From assembly GCF_001194135.2 (NCBI RefSeq), contig NC_069005.1:26924261-26972415 (forward strand): a stretch of 48,155 nucleotides of DNA, written 5' to 3'. Under the pieces are notes generated by a model. It did not search any database. It was not told the DNA's origin and was given only the letters and a program-made list of their open reading frames with translations. This stretch comes from Octopus bimaculoides. Lineage: Eukaryota. A program made the position numbers and the translations under genes. This document shows positions 38,726-48,155 of the stretch, piece by piece (position 1 is the first letter of the stretch; every line of letters begins with the position of its first letter).

Positions 38726-39612
38726 GAAAATACCAACCTGTCCAGATTGAGCAGCTGTACCACAGATTCTAGGCCCCTATCCATTCAGCTTTATGACTTT
38801 ATAGTCAAAGGGTACATGACGCTAATTCTCCCTTTGTTTTTCCGTGTTTCCAACCTTCCACCTTTTACATCTACTTTCTTCTCACCTTTTCTTGTACGTT
38901 CTCTTATTCTATCGTGCTGTTATAGCTGGCTATGGCATGTGGGCAGGGCCTGAGGATTGCATGAAGGCACCAGATGCATTATAAAATGCTGTCTCAGTTG
39001 TTTTAATCACATGAAACTATTAGTGACTCGTAAAAATATATACTGTGTTTAAAAAATAATATTTATCTCTCACCAGATGGAGAACTTTTTTTGCTGATCT
39101 TACCATCACTATATATGTATGTTTGTATATAAATATGTATACATGTATATATACATATATGTATATATGCCAGTGACATATTAAAGACACCGAATACACC
39201 CAATGGAGTGGTTAGTGTTAGGAAGGGGATCCAGTTGTAGAAACCAAGCCAAAAGAGACTAGACCCTGGTGCAGCTCTCTGGCTTACCAGTTCCAGTAAA
39301 ACCATCCAACCCATGCCAGCATGGAAAACACATTAAATTATGACAACAATGATGATGAGTAATATAGTGCCAAGGCAAAAAAATCATTCAAGTGTTTATA
39401 TATTTTATTTTATTTAAATTTTATTTTCAGTTTCATTCTGATAAGCTTATTTTTTTGTATTTTTTAAAATCATTATTAATAAATTAATGTTACCCATCAT
39501 CTTACAAAAATCTTCTCCCTCACCAATATACAGAAAAAAGTTCACAGCTGATGAGAGGTTAACATTGGAGGCTGAAAATTCTCTACTAAAAGCTGTCATC
39601 AAGTGGTTGTGT

Positions 39613-42160
39613 TTAATCTTCCAGGTTGAGCTGGTAACGTCCATATAAGTCTTTTGTACACAGGTTCTCCATAAGTGCTAAAATATACAAAACACCATCA
39701 AACATAAAAGATACAGAGAAATTTGTGAGTTTGGATAAGTTTATATATCATCAGGGCAAGTGTCTTCTGCTATAGCCTCAGGCTGACCAAAGCCTTGTGA
39801 GTGGATGGAAACTGATAGAAGCCTATCTTATGTATGTGTGTCTCACTTCTCCACCTCTCGTTGCATCCTCCGCCCTCCAATATCCCCACACTAACCTCTG
39901 TGTCTAATCCTTGCTCCCCAAAGCATTGACTCACAGGAATCTCCATGCAGAATCTCCAATGACTGACACAAGTAAAAGATAATGGAAAATTCCAAATAAT
40001 GGAAATGCAGATTCCATTACTCTGTAACAAAATTTTAATTTGTTTTGTCTTTGGTCAGTGAGTGTTATTTGCTTTTATCTAGAAATGACAGGAATTCATT
40101 ACTATTCCCTACAGACTTTGCTTTTGTGATCTGGTACTTAATTTATCGACCCCGAAAGGATGAGAGGCAAAGTCGACCTCAGCAGAATTTGAACTCAGAA
40201 CGTGAAGACAGGCAAAATACCACTAAGCATTTCTCCCGGCATGCTAACGATTCAGCCAGCTTGCTGCCTTGAGCTTCTAATGTTCTTTTCTACTCTAGGC
40301 ACAAGGCCCGAAAAATTTGGGGGAGGGGGCCCAGTCGATTAGATCGACCCCTGTATGCAACTGGTACTTGATTTATCGACCCCGAAAGGATGAAAAGCAA
40401 AGTCGACCTAGGCAGAATTTGAACTCAGATTGTAAAGACAGATGAAATACCGCTAAGCATTTCACCCGGCGTGCTAATGTTTCTGCCAGCTCACCAACTT
40501 GCTGAAGCAGAAATATTGTTATAGCAAATATTCTGCTCAATAGCACAGGTTTGCTCGTCAGTTGCTTGACCTTAACCACTTGAACATGTCCATTAGTAAC
40601 TGACAATATATGCATCTCTGATGATGAGCAGGAGTAGTGGGAAAGCATCATTGCCATGTGCTGAGATGGATTCTTTGGGGTTTGAATAAATGTAACAAAA
40701 GCAAAATTTGAAGGAAATATTAGCCATTTTTCATACTTTCTAGGGGTAAGCAAATAGGAAATAACAGTTGCTACCCAAGGACAAAAATCGTGTTACACAG
40801 TGTTTTAGAAATTAATTTACTGTACCTAATTTGCCAAGGAGTGTCTGTGCTAAGTCTTTTACTTCATTATACATATGAAGTTTTTTTATGTAAACCTGCA
40901 GCTCTTCTTTTGACATACCCCTGCAAAGATAGAAACATTAAAAAGACAAGTGTTAGTACTAGACTAAAATTGCTTTCACATTTACTTCAGGAGTGGAAAC
41001 TTGATTCCCAACCATGCAGTCTTGGTTTCAGTCCCACTGCGCAGCACCTTGGATATGTGTCTTCTACGATAGCCCTGGGTCAACCAAACCCTTGTGAGTG
41101 GATTTAGTAGACCAAAGTTGAAAGAAGCCCATCAGGTGTGGCTGTGTGGTAAGAAGCTTGCTTCCCAACCATTGTGTGGCACCTTGGGCAAGTGTCTTCT
41201 ATCATAGCCTCAGGCTATAGTAGCCTTGTGAGTGGTAGACAGAAACTGAAAGCCTGTCGTGTATATATATATATCTGTGTGTGTGTCTGTGTTTGTCCCA
41301 CCACCATCAGTTGACAATCAATGTTGATGCGTTTATGTACCCGTAACTTAGCAGTTCGGCAAAAGAGACCGATAGAATAAGTACCAGGCTTACAAAGAAC
41401 AAGTCCTGGGGTTGGTTCCCTTGACTGAAGGCGATGCTCCAGCATGGCCGCAATCAAATGACTGAAACAAGAGAACAAATACCATAAGGCATGTGGTCTG
41501 TTGTTTAGTCATTTCTACTAATCCACTGCTCTGGATCAATACTTAATCTTTTAGTCATCCTGTAAGAAGTAAAAAACAAAAACAGACAGAAAAAAAATGA
41601 TGGTAGGGTGTAAGGTGAGAGAGATTAGGTAGCTATTTCTAGCAGGTTGAGTAACCAAATAAGAAGCTGCTTTATGATGGCAGATACCTACATGCTTTCA
41701 AGTTCAGCAATCTTTTGGTTAGTAGCAGACAATTCTGATTCCATGTCTTGGAGACGTTGACAAAGGCCATCATTCAAAACTTCTTCAGATCCAGCGTTCT
41801 TGATCAACTAAAAAGAATATAATGGCGACAGTTTTATGACAATAAGAACTCTTTGTATTGTGTGTGTGTGTGCATATGTTTCTTTGTGTTTATCCACCTG
41901 TACTGCTTTGACAACCAGCGTTAGTTTACTTATGTCCCTGTAACTTAGAAGTTCAGCAAAAGGGATAAACAGAATGAAAGCAAGCTTTCAAAAATGACAA
42001 AAAAAAAAGGAACTGGGGTTGATTTGTTCAACTAAAAACCCTTCGAGAAGATGCCCTAGTATGACCAGAGTGTTAATGATTGAAACAAGCAAAAAAGCAA
42101 AAGAATCTTACCGGAGATTTGAATTTCTTAATTAATTTCCCATCCATTAGTAAAGGAGTC
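39613..42160 (-). CDS. SWI5: DNA repair protein SWI5 homologue (Swi5-Sfr1 Rad51 mediator subunit); 5' end unresolved
   Basis: Exons 42112-42160, 41692-41807, 40826-40920, 39613-39677 with GT-AG sites and matching phases. They translate to TPLLMDGKLIKKFKSP LIKNAGSEEVLNDGLCQRLQDMESELSATNQKIAELES MGMSKEELQVYIKKLHMYNEVKDLAQTLLGKL ALMENLCTKDLYGRYQLNLED*. The LHxYNExKDxxQxLxGKLA motif is the Swi5/Sae3 family signature as recalled. An in-frame ATG lies at 42145-42147. Confidence 0.88.
40070..40500 (-). mobile_element. SINE family 3, two tandem copies, in a SWI5 intron
   Basis: Repeated ctggtactt.atttatcgaccccgaaaggatga..gcaaagtcgacct..gcagaatttgaactcaga at about 40130-40200 and 40360-40430. Confidence 0.78.
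40985..41472 (+). mobile_element. SINE family 2, partial plus near-full copy, in a SWI5 intron
   Basis: ggtaagaagcttgcttcccaacc..gggcaagtgtcttcta..ccttgtgagtgga core. Related pieces are at 26885-27018(-), about 39755-39835, 41865-42095 and 47588-47670. Confidence 0.72.
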
Positions 42161-42281
42161 CTGCAAAAGAGAACATGTTCAAGATGATGATGATGATGAC
42201 TTAATTTGGTTCCGCTGATAAAGATTTATAAGATGGAAGAGAAACAGGAAGTTGTAATGTTCTTGAGTTTCACAGTGACAT

Positions 42282-42465
42282 TACGAGGGCTGACGGAAAA
42301 GTTCATGGCCTGACCGAGATACTCTCGCAGAATGTGACCAAATGAGGTTTATTTTTTAACATGGTCTCCCTTGCAGTCCACACACTTCTTTCATCGGTGT
42401 TGCAGTACTTGGATCCCATTGGTGAGGAAGCTTTCATCTTGTTGGTCAAAAGAGTCTATATCATC
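42282..42465 (+). mobile_element. Mariner-like transposon end
   Basis: Begins TACGAGGGCTGACGGAAAAGTTC, resembling mariner TIRs. A similar TACGAGGGGAAGTTAAAAATT end occurs near 29653. Confidence 0.55.
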
Positions 42466-42660
42466 ATCGTTTAACGTCCGTTTTCCATGCTGGCATGGGT
42501 TGGACGGTTTGACTGTAGTCTGGCAAGCCAGGGGGCTTCACCAAGCTCCAATCTGATCTGGTAGTGTTTCTACAGCTGGATGCCCTTCTGTTGGATGCCA
42601 ACCACTCCGAAAGTGTAATGGGTGCTTTTTAGATGCCACTGACACAGAAGCCAGACGGGA
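42465..42660 (-). mobile_element. SINE/LINE 3' tail family (ccaacccatgccagcatggaaa..(gat)n)
   Basis: Inverted match to 39195-39355. Confidence 0.6.
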
Positions 42661-42763
42661 TGAGAGGGCATGCATCAACCACGTTCGGATGGCACATAAG
42701 CACATGTGGACATCTGTAAGTGTAAGTATATATATGTATATGCACACAGACACACACACACAC

Positions 42764-42816
<53 letters not shown>

Positions 42817-42819
42817 TGT

Positions 42820-43084
42820 GGTAATCTTCAAGTTTAGGGGGATAAAAAAAATAAATAAAAATATTCAAGGGAAATAACTGAAGACTTACCAGTATTATCC
42901 GTTTTCTTCTAGCTGTTTATAAATAAATCACACCCTAATCCTAACCCTAACCCTAACGTCAATCAAATCACGTGTGTGATTTATTTATAAACAGAGATGT
43001 ACGGAGAATACTGGTAAGACGTTCAGTTACTTCCCTTGAATATTTTTATTTATTTTTTTTATCCCCCTAAACTTGAGGATTACC
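42820..43084. mobile_element. Foldback MITE with ~115-bp TIRs, 9-bp TSD and telomeric-repeat loop
   Basis: Arms 42820-42933 and 42974-43084 are near-perfect reverse complements. The flanking direct repeat CATATATGT is at 42811-42819 and 43085-43093. The loop holds cctaat-cctaac-cctaac-cctaac. Confidence 0.8.
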
Positions 43085-43835
43085 CATATATGTGTGTACA
43101 CACACATATGAAATGAAAAAATACACATCAAGAACAGGACATCACCAACGAATGAAAAATACATAAACACAAGAGTATGGGGCAAAATAGCAAAAGAAGT
43201 CTAACCCCTCCTCAGTTATCGACTGTGATATTACTCCCTGTTTGGAGCTTTTAACAACATGACAGGAAAACATCATAAGGCAGCAGCATCCAGAAATTTT
43301 TTCAATATAAAATTTGTGGAGGGTTAAGGCTTCGAACAAACAAATGACAGAATGGATGTATGGAAATAAACAATCGACAAAGACAAACATTTAGAGCTGT
43401 TAGGCCAAGACGAACTGTAATGGGTAACACCTGGGAGAAATTTTGAAAGGATTTAGACTAAATAGTAGAAAAGAAAAAAAATTCTCAAGAGGTGAGAGAA
43501 ATAATGTCCGCTAGCTGACCATCCAATCCAGAAAAGACAGCGAGACAAAAAAAATGGGGTCCTGGATTCTGAATTATCAGACATGGCAACTTTAAACCAT
43601 GTGATTAACACTTAATCAGTCGTTCGGTAAAAACCCCAGTTCAGCACCTAATCTGTCGGTGATGTTTTCCCCTCATACCCGTTCACTACGGTCAGAGGAC
43701 TGAAAAAAAAAAAGGATCATTGATGCTGTTTTCCTCATCTGCCAGGTAAAAACTGTATAGTGAACAGGTGTACATTAAAGTCTAACATATTCCCACGAAG
43801 CCTCTTACATATAAACGGAATTATAATTGAAGAAG

Positions 43836-44204
43836 TGGAGGCGCAATGGCCCAGTGGTTAGGGCAGCGGACTCGCGGTTTCGATTCCCAGACCGGGCGTT
43901 GTGAGTGTTTATTGAGCGAAAACACCTAAAGCTCCACGAGGCTCCGGCAGGGGATGGTGGCGAACCCTGCTGTACTCTTTCACCACAACTTTCTCTCACT
44001 CTTACTTCCTGTTTCTGTTGTGCCTGTAATTCAAAGGGGCCAGCCTTGTCACACTGTGTCACGCTGAATATCCCCGAGAACTACGTTAAGGGTACACGTG
44101 TCTGTGGAGTGCTCAGCCACTTGCACGTTAATTTCACGAGCAGCCTGTTCCGTTGATCGGATCAACTGGAACCCTCGACGTCGTAGGCGACGGAGTGCCA
44201 ACAC
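43836..44204 (+). mobile_element. tRNA-derived SINE, family 1, full length
   Basis: Same family as 11938-12331, ending gacggagtgccaac. Confidence 0.85.
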
Positions 44205-47200
44205 ATAATTGAAGAAAAACAAGCCGTCTGTGTTCCTCCAGCCACTTCGAACCATCCTACTTTCACACATTAGTTCTGCATGAATTAATTGTACCTGCGT
44301 GAGCGGCAGTTGACACTTGAATCAATTCAGAAATGATCGAATAAATACGAACAATAACAGAGACAATTAAAAAACACAAACCTTAAAATTGGCGCCTTTA
44401 CAAGTAGAACGGTTACTCTCTAATACTGGAGATATATACTGCCAACCCAGTCACTTAGCAACTGGACAAACAAAACTATTTGAAATTTGTGAGGGACTTC
44501 GAAACCAATTTAAAATCATTTCTTCAAAGAAGTTCCCTACTCGCACATTTACTTCGGAAAGCCAATAAATAAAATAAAAATCATACTACCACATTTCTAT
44601 AAACTTATTACAAACTGGTTAAGCCGTAGACAATCTTAATTGCAACAATTACCAGATAAATATACTAACCCCTAAACAATAATAACTATTCTTTTTTACT
44701 ATAGACACAAGGCCTGAAATTTTGGGAGTGTTGGGGCACAGTGTCCAACTGGTACTTATTTTGCGCAATGGAGTTGATATAATCGACTAGCTCTCTCCCC
44801 AAAAATTTTAAACCTTGTGCCTATAGTAGAAAGAATTATTATTGTTGTTAAAACATTCCCAAGAAGTTATAAAATAAATGTGAAAATATTAAACCAAAGA
44901 GAATATTAAATTATTTCCATTTAAATTAATATTCGTTTCGTTTACTCCGAATACCCATGTCTATTTTTGTATTTTACCGGATTGTTTTGGTTTCATTAGT
45001 GCAGCCGTTCTATGTACTTAAAGTCAAAGGTCACCGTTCAGGCTTTTTATGTTCTGAATTCGAATCCCGCCGACTTCAACTTTGCCTATCATCCTTCTGG
45101 GATCGATAAAAACAAGTACTAGCCAAATATTTGTATCAATTGAATCGACTGACTGCCTCTTCTCAAAATAAATGACTTTATGTCTAAATTCAAAACTAAC
45201 GAGATGTTGTTTGGCAGAATCGTTAGAACACCGGGCAAAAAAATGCTGAGGGTGATATAATCGGTTGTTTCCTTTTTCTTGAATTGATAGCTTTATGCCT
45301 AATTTAATAAGAAAGAATCACTACCAATATGATTCCTGGTCAAAACATACCACAAGATTACCAAATTTAAGCTAATAATTATCTAAAATGGGAAGAGTTT
45401 TTTCCCTTCCTCTCTTGATTTTAGAGCAAGAAAATGAAAAGGGTTGCTTCGCTTAATGCAATTTCACATCTACCTTATCAACATCTATAGTTATATAGGA
45501 TACGACACCAGTTATCTTGTTTATTTAACAGCAGCAAAAATGAATGCACTTCAATCTGCTGAAAATAGTAAGGCAAGATACTTTCCCTTATGTGGTTTGG
45601 ATGAAAAAGACACTATGGTCGATACTCAAACGTAATGAATCGAAAATTTACTCAACCATGGCTTAGTTGGGTCGAAACAACTGCAACTTAATTTTTCCTG
45701 CTTCAGGAAGGGTCGACATTAGGGGAGATTTTGGCTGCTATTTTTTAGCACATCGAACAACTGTGTAACTGCTTGCTCATGCGAGCACCTGAGTTACCTA
45801 CTTATAGCGAGGTGAACAAATCTTTCTGCCTCATATCAATCGTAATTGAGCAGACATGGGATCAAAGACGTTCCAGTCTTTATATTCCAACATGTCCTTC
45901 CTTTGTTAAAACCGTAAGGTATGATTTGAGGGATAAAGTAGAGTCTTACGTGTGTAAAACAATGTGTTGATTTAGACTGATCTTCAGAGATTAGTCAAGT
46001 AATATAGAACAAACCCTCTGATGGGATTTAAAATTTAATCTAAAAACAAGGGAGGNNNNNNNNNNNNNNNNNNNNNNNNNNNNNNNNNNNNNNNNNNNNN
46101 NNNNNNNNNNNNNNNNNNNNNNNNNNNNNNNNNNNNNNNNNNNNNNNNNNNNNNNNNNNNNNNNNNNNNNNNNNNNNNNNNNNNNNNNNNNNNNNNNNNN
46201 NNNNNNNNNNNNNNNNNNNNNNNNNNNNNNNNNNNNNNNNNNNNNNNNNNNNNNNNNNNNNNNNNNNNNNNNNNNNNNNNNNNNNNNNNNNNNNNNNNNN
46301 NNNNNNNNNNNNNNNNNNNNNNNNNNNNNNNNNNNNNNNNNNNNNNNNNNNNNNNNNNNNNNNNNNNNNNNNNNNNNNNNNNNNNNNNNNNNNNNNNNNN
46401 NNNNNNNNNNNNNNNNNNNNNNNNNNNNNNNNNNNNNNNNNNNNNNNNNNNNNNNNNNNNNNNNNNNNNNNNNNNNNNNTACTCTATCGAATCTCTTTTT
46501 TGCTAGAAATAACAGTTAAATAGACCGAGTCAACAAGGAAATTTTTACATTTGCATTCTACTTGCTTGAAAAAGATACTATCTCTTTACTTGAACATTTT
46601 AGCGTCTGAACTCAAATACCAGACCCCTCTCCATAAATAAAAATAAAATAGAATTTTAAAAAAAAGTGAATTTTTTCAGCCCCTTTCTTATGTGTAGTCA
46701 AAACAATTCGCAATCCACAGCTTTCTTCGTCGTGATGTTGGGCAAGTTTTTTAAAACATCTTTATTAAACATGGAAAATTGCCTGCTTTCTTTTCCAATC
46801 TCCACAACTTCTACCAATGAAAACCTGGCTTTTATTTTTATTTTCTGATGCACGAAATGAACTTTTCTTTTTAGAAGAACGAATGGAGGAGCTTCAAAAA
46901 GTTTTCACGTATATATATTTTACATTATACAGATTGTTTTTTTTTAAACTTGGTATTCATAATTTTTGAAGAACCTTGTTCACAGTGGGGGCAGACACAT
47001 GTATGTGGTATGTTTTTAATTTATTAACATTTAAAAATCGTGAGCACGCTGGGCAAAATGCTTAGCATTTCGTCTGTCTCTACGTTGAGTTCAAATTCCA
47101 GTGAGATCGACTTTTCCTTTCATCTTTTCGGGGTCGATAAAATAAATACCAGTTGATCACCGGGCGTCAAAGTCATCGACTAACCAACTTCCCCGAAATT

Positions 47201-47689
47201 GCTGGCCTTGTGCCAAAATTTTTAAGCAATTTATTAAAATTTAACTTTTCTTCAATGGGTAGCCTCAAAGAAAAGAAAAAAAAACGTTTCTCGTCACGAG
47301 GTAGAAACTTACTCTATCTTGACAAGTTTCTTTCAACACTGACTAGTTTTTCTTTCATTGCCCCTCCTCCTCCAACAGATGACAAAGGAGCACCATCTGT
47401 TCCTACTCCTCTTGCATGTAGATTAACTTATGCAGTAAAAGTAGTTACGGCTGTTCTGTTTCATACCCATTAAATTCATAGCTGCCCTCCTCTCTCATTA
47501 TACAGAATGTCCATAAATTTACCATAACTATGAAAATCTCAGAAAAAAAAAATGAAAAATATGGATAACTTGTTAGAAAACACAGGTGTAGGCATGTCTG
47601 TTTGGTAAGGAGCTTGATTTCTAACCACATGGTTCCAAGTTCAGTCTTCTGGGCAAGTGTCTTCTACTACTTGCAAATTTCATTTCCTA

Positions 47690-48070
47690 TCAGTCTCTAG
47701 TTCATGTTCATACCACTTTTCTGTAGTTTTGAAACCACATACTTGACTAACATCCTAATGCACTCTTTTGCCTAAGCAGTCATGTCTGCACTTGTATTCC
47801 TTTTGTTCTAGTATACTGCACTCATTGAAAGTGTGACTGATAATCTCGTCACATTTTCTGCGGGTTTTACATTTGCTGTCTGACTGACTTTTGTCGATCT
47901 TTGCCTTTAGCAGATTTTTCTAAAGGGCTTGTTCCTGAGCAGTTACAATTAACGTTTCTGTTTGTCATTTCAAGTTTCCATCCACCAACCAAAGCCAGCA
48001 GGCTTAACTGCCAACATTTTCAATTCATGCAATTCCATTTCTTTTCATTTGTTCATCCTGCTGTACTTCC
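47690..48070 (-). mobile_element. R4/Dong-like (RLE-type) LINE C-terminal fragment
   Basis: Minus-strand translation ETLIVTAQEQAL..KAKIDKSQSDSKC..CDE..HTFNECSILEQKEYKCRHDCLGKRVH..KWYEHE, a zinc-knuckle region with RHD. Confidence 0.72.
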
Positions 48071-48111
48071 TTTTTTCTTTGAATTCTCCTATCAGAAATT
48101 TTTTTTATATA

Positions 48112-48155
<44 letters not shown>

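Noticed and set aside
39447-39644. Protein-like ORF MDVTSSTWKIK.. and a BACK-like plus-strand peptide
   Set aside because: The correct frame is the SWI5 last exon ending at 39613. The rest is 3' UTR.
43601-43703. Box C/D snoRNA (GTGATTA..CTGA)
   Set aside because: Imperfect C box, no recognisable guide, and it is antisense to the host SWI5 transcript.
43836-43900. tRNA genes at SINE heads (also 12260-12331 and 20400-20480)
   Set aside because: A and B boxes are present but continue into a shared SINE body and tail; no clean cloverleaf.
47340-47630. Possible exon with a strong plus-strand acceptor near 47378, and ORFs 47153-47473 and 47445-47630
   Set aside because: No frame gives a recognisable protein and no partner exons were found.

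Overview
AT-rich, repeat- and microsatellite-dense metazoan genomic scaffold with 7 N-gaps. The SINE content and gene type suggest an octopod cephalopod, which is an inference. Bases 1-37.6 kb hold a tandem array of six paralogous 6-exon secreted S1 (chymotrypsin-fold, Ser189) serine protease genes, here called A-F. CDS exon sizes are 49/160/128/135/146/150 nt, giving 255 aa. They are arranged as three head-to-head pairs: A(-)/B(+), C(-)/D(+), E(-)/F(+). B, E and F read through intact. A (exon 2) and D (exon 5) each carry a 1-nt frameshift. C is strongly diverged (KRK|IDGG activation site, TATHC, more basic, TATA box lost) and its last exon probably lies in an assembly gap. Exon 6 of A is outside the window. 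A SWI5 homologue, absent from the ORF track, was assembled by hand from four minus-strand exons (39613-42160) and converges on F. The rest is decayed mobile DNA: CR1/L2-like, RTE-like and R4/Dong-like LINE fragments, a Penelope GIY-YIG fragment, a Gypsy protease fragment, mariner/pogo ends, several SINE families, and a foldback MITE with a 9-bp TSD and a telomeric-repeat loop. No rRNA, true tRNA or CRISPR array was seen. All translations, exon coordinates and comparisons were done by eye. Repeat boundaries are approximate.
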